A stretch of DNA of 40,581 bases from positions 1-40,581 of IMG/VR virus record IMGVR_UViG_3300017747_002572; one strand, 5' to 3'. This DNA comes from a virus (taxonomy: Duplodnaviria; Caudoviricetes). The position numbers and the translations under genes are program-made. Of the stretch, positions 25,858-32,927 are shown piece after piece; positions within the stretch are counted from its first letter, which is position 1, and every line of letters begins with the position of its first letter. The notes below the pieces were generated by a model. That model made no database searches and had not been told where the DNA came from. It saw only the letters and a program-made list of their open reading frames with translations.

Positions 25858-26843
25858 CCGTTCGCATCCTCAACGGCGACTGCCGGGAGCGGCTGCGGGA
25901 ACTCCCCGACGCATCGGTGAACTGCTGCGTCACCAGCCCGCCCTACTTCGGCCTTCGTGACTACGGCGTCGATGGGCAGATCGGCCTCGAGGATACTCCG
26001 GATGCGTTCGTGGCGGAACTGGTCGCGGTGTTCCGCGAGGTTCGCCGCGTGCTCCGGGATGATGGAACGCTGTGGCTGAACCTCGGGGACAGCTACGCCA
26101 GCAATGGCCCCCGAAGCAATAATAACGGGAGCGGCGCTACGGGTTTGAAGCGTGACGGGCGCGACGAAGCAAGCCGCCTTCGGAGCGCCGCCAAGACTAA
26201 GACGCTCGGCATGGCGCTGCCTCCCATCGAAACCGGCCTCAAGGCCAAAGACCTCATCGGCATCCCCTGGCGTGTCGCCTTCGCCCTACAGGCGGACGGC
26301 TGGTGGCTTCGCCAGGACATCATCTGGCACAAGCCGAACCCGATGCCGGAGAGCGTCACCGACCGCTGCACCAAGGCGCACGAGTACATCTTCCTGCTCA
26401 CCAAGAGCGCGACGTACCACTACAATGCGGCGGCGGTCAAAGAGGCTGCAATCCACGAAGGGCGGGTAGTCAAGGCCAGCGGCGGCGATGCCAAGAATGC
26501 CGGGAAGGGAGCATTCGGCGCGACCGCTGCGGGCTTCACGCAGCACGATACGCTCGTTACCGACCGCAACAAGCGCTCCGTCTGGACCGTCCCCACCCAG
26601 CCCTACAGCGGCGCTCACTTCGCCACGTTCCCGCCCGCCCTCATCGAGCCATGCATCCTAGCCGGCTGTCCTTCTGGCGGAACCGTCCTTGACCCATTCG
26701 GCGGAGCTGGAACAACGGGGCTGGTAGCCGACCGCCTCGGCCGCAACGCCATCCTCGTTGAACTGAACCCTGAATACGCAGCCATCGCTACCGAACGCCT
26801 AAAGGACGACGCCGGCATGTTCGCAGCTACCGAGGCGGCCTAA
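25854..26843 (+). CDS. DNA methyltransferase, N6/N4 family (beta arrangement, SPPY)
   Basis: GDC...L..LPD.SV...VTSPPY, IIWHKPN.MP, HFATFP, VLDPFGGAGTT; no cognate restriction enzyme. Confidence 0.95.
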   Translation: MTVRILNGDCRERLRELPDASVNCCVTSPPYFGLRDYGVDGQIGLEDTPDAFVAELVAVFREVRRVLRDDGTLWLNLGDSYASNGPRSNNNGSGATGLKRDGRDEASRLRSAAKTKTLGMALPPIETGLKAKDLIGIPWRVAFALQADGWWLRQDIIWHKPNPMPESVTDRCTKAHEYIFLLTKSATYHYNAAAVKEAAIHEGRVVKASGGDAKNAGKGAFGATAAGFTQHDTLVTDRNKRSVWTVPTQPYSGAHFATFPPALIEPCILAGCPSGGTVLDPFGGAGTTGLVADRLGRNAILVELNPEYAAIATERLKDDAGMFAATEAA

Positions 26844-26844
26844 A

Positions 26845-27306
26845 ATGACCGGCCGCCCCTCCTCCTACAACGAAGAAACCGCAGAAGCCCTCTGCGAAGC
26901 CATCGCACAAGGCGCAGCCCTCTACAAACTCTGCGAAGACCGAGAGAACTGGCCAGCAGAAAAGACCGTCTATCAATGGCTCGAACGATTCCCCGCCTTC
27001 GCACAGAGTTACGCCCGCGCGCGCGAAAGGCAGCAGGATCGGGCCGCGGATGAGATGATCGAGATAGCCGCAACCGAGCCAGACCCGCAGCGCGCAAGGG
27101 TTATGATCGACGCCAGGAAGTGGCGGGCTTCCAAGCTTGCCCCGAAGAAGTACGGCGACAAGATCGAGGTCGAGCAGACGGTGGAGCATCGGTTCGTGGC
27201 TCGCATTCCAGAGCCATCCTCAACGCCTGTAGACTGGCTTAAGGACCACGGGCCGAAACAGATCGAGGGGGTGGCTAACGGAAAAGTTGACCGGATAACG
27301 AAATAG
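26845..27306 (+). CDS. terS: Terminase small subunit
   Basis: GRPS.Y..E.A...C..IA.G..L...C......P...TVY.WL....F...YARAR, IDARKW.ASKLAPKKYGDK. Confidence 0.9.
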   Translation: MTGRPSSYNEETAEALCEAIAQGAALYKLCEDRENWPAEKTVYQWLERFPAFAQSYARARERQQDRAADEMIEIAATEPDPQRARVMIDARKWRASKLAPKKYGDKIEVEQTVEHRFVARIPEPSSTPVDWLKDHGPKQIEGVANGKVDRITK

Positions 27307-27338
27307 CTGTTGACCGGATAACGGGCTGCGTCTATAAG
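27286..27338 (+). promoter_or_regulatory. Sigma70 promoter with tandem 15-bp direct repeats
   Basis: GTTGACCGGATAACG at 27286-27300 and 27309-27323; TTGACC (27310)-17-TATAAG (27333). Confidence 0.75.
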
Positions 27339-27364
27339 AGGGTCATCAACCGAGGAGAACGCAG

Positions 27365-27673
27365 ATGACCAGCCCCGCCCCCTGCCTGAAGTGCTCTGGA
27401 ACCGGAATCATCACCAAGTTCGGTCACATCGAGCACGGCAAGTGCTTCGGCTGCATGGGAACTGGTCGCCGCATGACGGCCAAGGATCGTGCTGCCATTA
27501 TCCAGGCGCGGCTTGATCGTCGCGAGGCTCGTGACGCTGCCCAGCAGGGCGTGTCGGTCGAAACCCTCCGCCTGTTCCTGACGCCCGGCGCTGGTGTTCC
27601 GAAGCATCCGAGCGGCTGCTCGTTCTCACTGCAGGAGTTCCACGCGTGGCGGGCGCAGGAGGTCGCGGCGTGA
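27365..27673 (+). CDS. Zinc-ribbon protein (two DnaJ-type CxxCxGxG motifs)
   Basis: CLKCSGTG...CFGCMGTG; GAGGAG RBS. Confidence 0.75.
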   Translation: MTSPAPCLKCSGTGIITKFGHIEHGKCFGCMGTGRRMTAKDRAAIIQARLDRREARDAAQQGVSVETLRLFLTPGAGVPKHPSGCSFSLQEFHAWRAQEVAA

Positions 27674-27927
27674 GCAAGGCAGACCAGATCAGAGCACTAA
27701 GGGAGGCCGCCCTGATGGAAGGGGCGGCCGACCGTCAGAAGGCCGCCCTAAAGCGCGTGCTGGCCATCCCCGAGGTAAGGGCGCGAGTGGTGCAGAGACT
27801 TGCACCCGGAGCGCTCCCTGCCAAAGAGCCTATCAGTTACACCCACAGGGATGCAGACAAGCGCCGCGCCTATATGAAATCCTACATGGCCCGGAAGCGG
27901 GCTGAGAAGAAGGAGCAGGGAAGATGA
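27670..27927 (+). CDS. Small basic protein
   Basis: GTG 27670 (GTGA overlap, GGAGG RBS); C-terminal RRAYMKSYMARKRA basic helix. Confidence 0.65.
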   Translation: MSKADQIRALREAALMEGAADRQKAALKRVLAIPEVRARVVQRLAPGALPAKEPISYTHRDADKRRAYMKSYMARKRAEKKEQGR

Positions 27928-28121
27928 GCGACAAGGCGGCTTCACCCGTCACCGTTCACGTTTTCGTATCGAGCGACAGCAAACCGCTCACGTTTGAGGC
28001 TACCCGCGTTGAGGTTGACCACCATAACAATCTCTGGGTGACCATGACCAGCGGCAACACCAGCGTGTTCCGTCAGTGGGCGGGTTTCACATCGCGCCTC
28101 GCCCATGAGGTGGCGCGCTGA
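27924..28121 (+). CDS. Small beta-rich hypothetical protein
   Basis: 65 aa, ATGA overlap, AAGGAG RBS. Confidence 0.6.
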   Translation: MSDKAASPVTVHVFVSSDSKPLTFEATRVEVDHHNNLWVTMTSGNTSVFRQWAGFTSRLAHEVAR

Positions 28122-30496
28122 CTGACACAACCGTCATATGGACCCCGCAGCTCGGGCCGCAGACCGCCCTCGTATGCTGCCCTGTCTTCGAGGTCTTCTA
28201 CGGAGGAGCCAGAGGAGGCGGCAAGACGGATGGCGTCCTAGGCGAGTGGCTCTCCCATGCCGACAAGTACGGGGAGCACGCCATCGGCCTGATGGTCCGT
28301 AGAGAGCGCACGCAGCTCATCGAGACCATCGAGCGCTCCCGGATGCTCTACGCCCCGCTAGGCGCAAAGTACCACGAGCAAGACAAGATGTGGCGATTCC
28401 CGAACGGCGCGCGCCTTCGGTTCGCCTACCTGGAGAGTGACAGCGATGCCGACGCCTACCAAGGACACAGCTATACGCGGGTCTACGTCGAGGAGGTCGG
28501 AACCTTCCCCCGACCCGAGCCCGTCCTCAAGCTCATGGCCACCCTCAGAAGCGGTGCAGGCGTTCCTTGCGGCTTTAGAGCGACGGGCAACCCTGGAGGG
28601 CCAGGACACAACTGGGTCCGGGCTCGATATATTGACCCTGCTCCACTCGGATGGGAGGTTGGAGCGCGTTCCTTCACGAACCCGTTCACCGGAGCCGCTG
28701 TGTCCCGAGATTGGGTCTACATTCCCAGCCGCCTAACCGATAACCATTACCTCGGAGACCAGTATGTTGCGAACCTCTACATGTCCGGCAGCCCTGCTCT
28801 CGTCCGGGCGTGGCTCGAGGGGGACTGGAGCGCCATCGAAGGTGCCTTCTTCGACTGCTGGAGCCCTGCAAAACACGTTGTTCGCCCATTCGCCATCCCG
28901 GATGACTGGCTACGCTTTAGGTCGATGGACTGGGGCAGCGCCGCTCCATTTAGCGTGGGATGGTGGGCGGTCGTGGGCGACGATACAGGAGCACTCCCTC
29001 GCGGCGCTCTAGTCCGCTATCGCGAATGGTATGGCACTGGAGCCAAGCTGACCGCCGAGGAGGTCGCCCAAGGCATCATCGACCGTGAGGCGCGCGACCA
29101 TCACCTCATCAAGTACGGCGTGCTCGACCCGTCCGCCTTTGCCCAGGACGGCGGCCCGTCCATCGCAGAGCGGATGCACCGCCACGCGAGAACGATGGGC
29201 TCGTCCCTGCTATTCCGCCCGGCCGACAACAAGCGGGTAACGCAGCGGGGAGCCATGGGCGGCTGGGATCAGGTCAGGGCACGTCTCAAGGGCGGCGCGG
29301 ATGGCCGGCCTATGCTGGTGACGTTCTCGACCTGCCCGGACTTCATCCGCACCATTCCGGTTCTGCAGCACGACAGCGATAAACCCGAGGACCTCGCAAC
29401 CGAGGGTGAAGATCACGCGGCCGATGAGTGTTTTGTGGCAGGGACTCTGGTGCGGACTAGCGCGGGCACGAAACCGATTGAGGCGTTCCGCGTCGGGGAC
29501 CCCGTCGAGAGCGCGGATGGATGCGTTTCAACCGTGACTGCCGTCTTCTCGGTCGGCATCAGGCCGGTGTTCGACCTCGTGCTGTCTGATGGGACTGTCA
29601 TCACGGGAACCGCAGAGCACCCGGTGTTTGTCGAGGGGCAAGGCTTTGTAGCGCTTGCATCCCTCGGTTACGCTGATATGGTGCGCCCATGGACAGAGAA
29701 ACCATCGTATTCGACGGCAAAGCCTATCACCGCTGGCTCAGCCATCCGAGCCGGCATAGGCGGGTCTATTATTGGGCGCATCGCGGGTCGCTTCACCGCG
29801 CTATCTGGGAAAAGGCGAACGGGCCAATTCCTCCGCGCTACTTTGTCCACCACGTCGACGGCAACCCGCTCAACAACGATCTGGCGAACCTGGCTCTCAT
29901 GGCTGACGGCGAGCACGTTAGGCACCATTGGGCAGAGAGGAAGCCGGAGCCGCGGGTCTGCGAGCATTGCGGAGGGACGTTTGCCTCTCGCACATGGTCG
30001 GTCGAGCGCTTCTGCTCCAATGCTTGCAAGTCGGCAGATAGACGGGCTAGCGGGGCCGATGACGAAGTCCGAACCTGCCAAACTTGCGCCGGCTCTTTCT
30101 CAGCCAATCGGTACTCAAAGCAGCGATACTGCTCTCAGGGATGCTCACCCAATGGACAGTACGAGCGACCGGCATTCCAATTCGTCTGCGACGGATGCGG
30201 GGACGATGCGGTCTCGACATCGCCGCTATCAAGGTTCTGCACCTCTGCATGTCGTAAGCGTCACTCCCGCCGGCAGCGCGCGGGTGTTCAACCTGACGGT
30301 TGAGGCGGGGGTGTATTTCGCGAACGGCATCCTCGTCCATAACTGCCGCTACGCATGCATGTCCCGGCCGTGGATAGCGGAGCCGGCGGCAATGAAGGAA
30401 CCGCGCCCGATGATGGTAGGCTCTGGCAACCGGGCTACGCTCAATGATGCATGGAACATGAGCGATAATGAGAGGACGAGGAGCCATCGGATATAG
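28118..30496 (+). CDS. terL: Terminase large subunit, intein-containing; probable CTG start (792 aa precursor, about 487 aa spliced)
   Basis: Frame open from 28109 encodes VIWTPQ.GPQ...FYGGARGGGKT (Walker A) upstream of the track's ATG 28292; YVEE Walker B, ATGNPGG, MDWG, EDHAADE/CRY nuclease motifs. Confidence 0.93.
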   Translation: MTDTTVIWTPQLGPQTALVCCPVFEVFYGGARGGGKTDGVLGEWLSHADKYGEHAIGLMVRRERTQLIETIERSRMLYAPLGAKYHEQDKMWRFPNGARLRFAYLESDSDADAYQGHSYTRVYVEEVGTFPRPEPVLKLMATLRSGAGVPCGFRATGNPGGPGHNWVRARYIDPAPLGWEVGARSFTNPFTGAAVSRDWVYIPSRLTDNHYLGDQYVANLYMSGSPALVRAWLEGDWSAIEGAFFDCWSPAKHVVRPFAIPDDWLRFRSMDWGSAAPFSVGWWAVVGDDTGALPRGALVRYREWYGTGAKLTAEEVAQGIIDREARDHHLIKYGVLDPSAFAQDGGPSIAERMHRHARTMGSSLLFRPADNKRVTQRGAMGGWDQVRARLKGGADGRPMLVTFSTCPDFIRTIPVLQHDSDKPEDLATEGEDHAADECFVAGTLVRTSAGTKPIEAFRVGDPVESADGCVSTVTAVFSVGIRPVFDLVLSDGTVITGTAEHPVFVEGQGFVALASLGYADMVRPWTEKPSYSTAKPITAGSAIRAGIGGSIIGRIAGRFTALSGKRRTGQFLRATLSTTSTATRSTTIWRTWLSWLTASTLGTIGQRGSRSRGSASIAEGRLPLAHGRSSASAPMLASRQIDGLAGPMTKSEPAKLAPALSQPIGTQSSDTALRDAHPMDSTSDRHSNSSATDAGTMRSRHRRYQGSAPLHVVSVTPAGSARVFNLTVEAGVYFANGILVHNCRYACMSRPWIAEPAAMKEPRPMMVGSGNRATLNDAWNMSDNERTRSHRI
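29429..30343 (+). mobile_element. Intein (305 aa, class-1 type) in the TerL nuclease domain
   Basis: Block A CFVAGTLV; block B GTAEHPVF (TxxH); block F VFNLTVE; block G FANGILVHN followed by +1 Cys; removal restores EDHAADE-CRYACMSRPW. Confidence 0.93.
29689..30303 (+). CDS. HNH homing endonuclease with three C4 zinc modules, in an alternative frame inside the intein
   Basis: LHRAIWE..NGPIP....VHHVDGNPLNN..NL.......H; then CEHC..FCSNAC, CQTC..YCSQGC, CDGC..FCTSAC; own ATG (GGTG 5 nt upstream) and TGA. Confidence 0.9.
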   Translation: MDRETIVFDGKAYHRWLSHPSRHRRVYYWAHRGSLHRAIWEKANGPIPPRYFVHHVDGNPLNNDLANLALMADGEHVRHHWAERKPEPRVCEHCGGTFASRTWSVERFCSNACKSADRRASGADDEVRTCQTCAGSFSANRYSKQRYCSQGCSPNGQYERPAFQFVCDGCGDDAVSTSPLSRFCTSACRKRHSRRQRAGVQPDG

Positions 30497-30571
30497 AGTT
30501 GACGCGTTTGATGGGTTGCGATAGCGATATAGCACGGCGCGGGGAGCGCGTCGCAACTGAGGAGCGATACG

Positions 30572-30799
30572 ATGGCTTTTGAGATCAAGAGCGGGGAGCC
30601 GGTCCCGGCTCCTAAGGTTGGCGCTGGTGAGAAGTACCCGTTTCAGCAGATGAAGGTTGGTGATCACTTCGACATCCCCGCCATGGCCGGCGTGTCGAAC
30701 ATTCGGGCAGCCGCGTCGTGGGCGGGGACGCGGCACGGGATGAAGTTCACCATTCGCAAGCGTCCTGATGGCTCCCGCGGCTGCTGGCGCATCGCCTAG
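30572..30799 (+). CDS. Small putative DNA-binding protein (KYPF..M.VGD.F family)
   Basis: F.I....P.P......KYPF..MKVGD.F...KF..R......WRIA pattern common in phages; GAGGAG RBS; TTGACG upstream at 30499. Confidence 0.7.
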   Translation: MAFEIKSGEPVPAPKVGAGEKYPFQQMKVGDHFDIPAMAGVSNIRAAASWAGTRHGMKFTIRKRPDGSRGCWRIA

Positions 30800-30816
30800 C
30801 CTGCCGGCACTTGCCG

Positions 30817-30869
30817 CCTACCGCGAATTGTGCCATTGCTTTCAAAGGCCGTGGCACAATTCAGGTAGG
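30817..30869. promoter_or_regulatory. Long inverted repeat upstream of the structural genes
   Basis: cctacc..GAATTGTGCCA (30825-30835) pairs with TGGCACAATTC (30852-30862).ggtagg. Confidence 0.7.
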
Positions 30870-30880
30870 ATCGCGCCAAG

Positions 30881-31258
30881 ATGCAGTTCCCCATGACGCC
30901 GCGTGACCAGTCAACGGTCAGCCTCACGGCATCCGGCACGACTGGCAACGTAGCCCTCGGCGGCAGCGCCACGACCACGCAGGGCGCGCTCCAGACCACG
31001 CAGATCATCGTTACCAGCGCAGCCACCACGAACGGGCTGTCGGGCGGCACGGCGGCTGCGGTGGCCTACATCCGCTTCGGCACGAGCGCCAGCGTCGCTG
31101 CGACCGCCCCGAATGGCGCGACGCCTGGCTCAATCCCCATTCTTCCCGGCTCTATCCAGACGTTCACGATCCCGACCGGGTATTATACCCACGTCGCGGC
31201 GATCTGCCCGAGCACTGGCGCGGCGCTGCTGTTCTTCACGCAGGGATACGGCAATTGA
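30881..31258 (+). CDS. Small virion protein (beta-rich)
   Basis: Thr/Gly/Ala-rich; AYIRFG...PILPG....F......HVAAI......L.F..G.G pattern. Confidence 0.65.
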   Translation: MQFPMTPRDQSTVSLTASGTTGNVALGGSATTTQGALQTTQIIVTSAATTNGLSGGTAAAVAYIRFGTSASVAATAPNGATPGSIPILPGSIQTFTIPTGYYTHVAAICPSTGAALLFFTQGYGN

Positions 31259-31461
31259 CCGAGCTGTGGTGGGAGAGCCTGCGAGTGTCCGACTCGATCG
31301 TCAACGGCAGGAACATGTCGGACGATGAGTGGGCAACGATCAGGGTCTACGCCAGAGCGAACACGCGAACGGTAGCGGAGCGCGCCGAGGCGCTGGAGGC
31401 GGATATCGCTTGGGGCGCTTGGGTGAACGGGATCGTCCCTTGGCAGGAACACGGGGTCTAG
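31255..31461 (+). CDS. Hypothetical protein
   Basis: TTG start overlapping the upstream TGA (TTGA). Confidence 0.45.
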   Translation: MTELWWESLRVSDSIVNGRNMSDDEWATIRVYARANTRTVAERAEALEADIAWGAWVNGIVPWQEHGV

Positions 31462-31464
31462 CCC

Positions 31465-32598
31465 GTGCAGCGGAACCAGCACTTCCGCCGCCGGTTCGTT
31501 GCGGTTCGCGGGCCGACTGACGTAACCGCGCCGGTTCTGAGTGCGCCGATCGCGCTCCCGCTCGGGGACACGACCGGGTATCTCGCTGTCATCACCAACG
31601 AGGCCAACGGTACCCTGTACTGGGTGCTGACGACATCTGCCACGCCTCCGAGCGCTGCGCAGGTGAAGGCAGGCCAGAACAACACGGGCGCGGCTGCGGC
31701 GGCATCGGGGAACCAGGCGGTCACGACGACCGGATATCAGCTCATCACCGCCACGGGGCTCACGAGCAATACGGCCTACTACGCCTACTTCATGCAGGAG
31801 GACGCGGTCGGCAACCAGTCCAACGTATCCGCCTCCTCGACGTTCACGACGCTGACGACGGGCACGAGCGACACCAGCTACGACAACCTGATAGCGGCGA
31901 TGACGGTTGCGCCGAACAACTTCCGCAAGGCCAACATAGCGCAGTGCATTCAGCAGCTCTATGCAGGCGGGGTCTGGGCCAAGACGGACGTGATGTGGGT
32001 GATGGCCGCTCACGACGAGCAGGCAGCGCGCCTTAACTGGATCACGCCCGGCTCGTTCACGCTATCGGCAATCAACAGCCCCACGTTTACCACGGATCGT
32101 GGCTTCAACGGTGACGGCTCAACGAGTTACCTCGATACGGGTTGGGACCGGGCAACAAACGGTGTGCAGTTCACTCAGAACAACGCGCACGCCAGCGTCT
32201 ACCAGAGGACGGGAACGGCGCTGACCTTTGGCGCGCCCGCGACGGCGGCGTTCCAGATCAGCGGTGCGGCTGGGACCAACGGCGGTGGTCGCCTGAACAA
32301 CGGTTCCGGCACTCTCGGCGCGACGGCTGGCGGAACGCTCCCCATCCAGATCATTCTTCGCCGCACCATCAGCACGTCCGCCGAGTGCCTTCGGGATGGC
32401 GTGCAGGTGTCGTCCGGCGGTGGAACGACAGGCGCACTCAACACGTCCGATCTGGCATTCCTGCGGACCAGCGGCGGCGGCTACACCACAGCGCAATGCG
32501 CGGGCGGCGCGCTCGGTGCGAACCTCGATGATACCCAGGCGCTTGCCCACTACAATGCATGGCATAACTACATGGTCGCAGTAGGGGCCGACACATGA
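31465..32598 (+). CDS. Virion accessory protein (N-terminal FN3/Ig-like and C-terminal lectin/LamG-like domains)
   Basis: D.TAP.LS...GTLYWV...GL...TAYYAYF..ED..GN.S (FN3-like); PTF..DRGF.GDG..SYLDTG (lectin-like); GTG start. Confidence 0.65.
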   Translation: MQRNQHFRRRFVAVRGPTDVTAPVLSAPIALPLGDTTGYLAVITNEANGTLYWVLTTSATPPSAAQVKAGQNNTGAAAAASGNQAVTTTGYQLITATGLTSNTAYYAYFMQEDAVGNQSNVSASSTFTTLTTGTSDTSYDNLIAAMTVAPNNFRKANIAQCIQQLYAGGVWAKTDVMWVMAAHDEQAARLNWITPGSFTLSAINSPTFTTDRGFNGDGSTSYLDTGWDRATNGVQFTQNNAHASVYQRTGTALTFGAPATAAFQISGAAGTNGGGRLNNGSGTLGATAGGTLPIQIILRRTISTSAECLRDGVQVSSGGGTTGALNTSDLAFLRTSGGGYTTAQCAGGALGANLDDTQALAHYNAWHNYMVAVGADT

Positions 32599-32924
32599 CC
32601 GAAGTGCTCGTTCTCGAACCGTCGCAGGCCGCGAAGGTCCGTGGCCGCTCCCCCAAGGACGGCGGCTGCGCCCTCGATCCAGTACCGCTCAAGGACGGCC
32701 GCTTCTTCCTTGGCCTCGAAGTGCTGGACGACCCCGCCCACGAGGATGTTCGCTTCTTCCTTCGTTCCATGCCCCTTGTGGACCTAGAAAAGCTGCCGCT
32801 GTACACCGAGGACGACAAGCGCCCCGATGCTGTCGAGGCCGCATCCTTCAAGACCCGCGCCAAGACGTGGAAGCGCGAAGAGATTGAAGCCTTCCGCGAT
32901 AACGTCCCCGTCAGGAAGCGATAG
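32595..32924 (+). CDS. Hypothetical protein
   Basis: 109 aa; LDPVPLKDGRFFL..EVL.DP.H; ATGA overlap. Confidence 0.65.
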   Translation: MTEVLVLEPSQAAKVRGRSPKDGGCALDPVPLKDGRFFLGLEVLDDPAHEDVRFFLRSMPLVDLEKLPLYTEDDKRPDAVEAASFKTRAKTWKREEIEAFRDNVPVRKR

Positions 32925-32927
32925 GGA

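Noticed and set aside
25854-26843. Restriction-modification system
   Set aside because: No adjacent restriction endonuclease; orphan methylases are routine in phages
29674-29700. Programmed frameshift fusing the intein N-terminal domain to the HNH
   Set aside because: The HNH frame has a stop at 29674-29676, only 12 nt before its ATG, and no slippery heptamer is visible; independent initiation is simpler, though not proven
28292-30496. ORF-track start of TerL at ATG 28292
   Set aside because: It omits the Walker A motif encoded in frame upstream
30825-30869. Sigma54 promoter (TGGCAC on both strands)
   Set aside because: Neither copy has the TTGC -12 element at the required spacing
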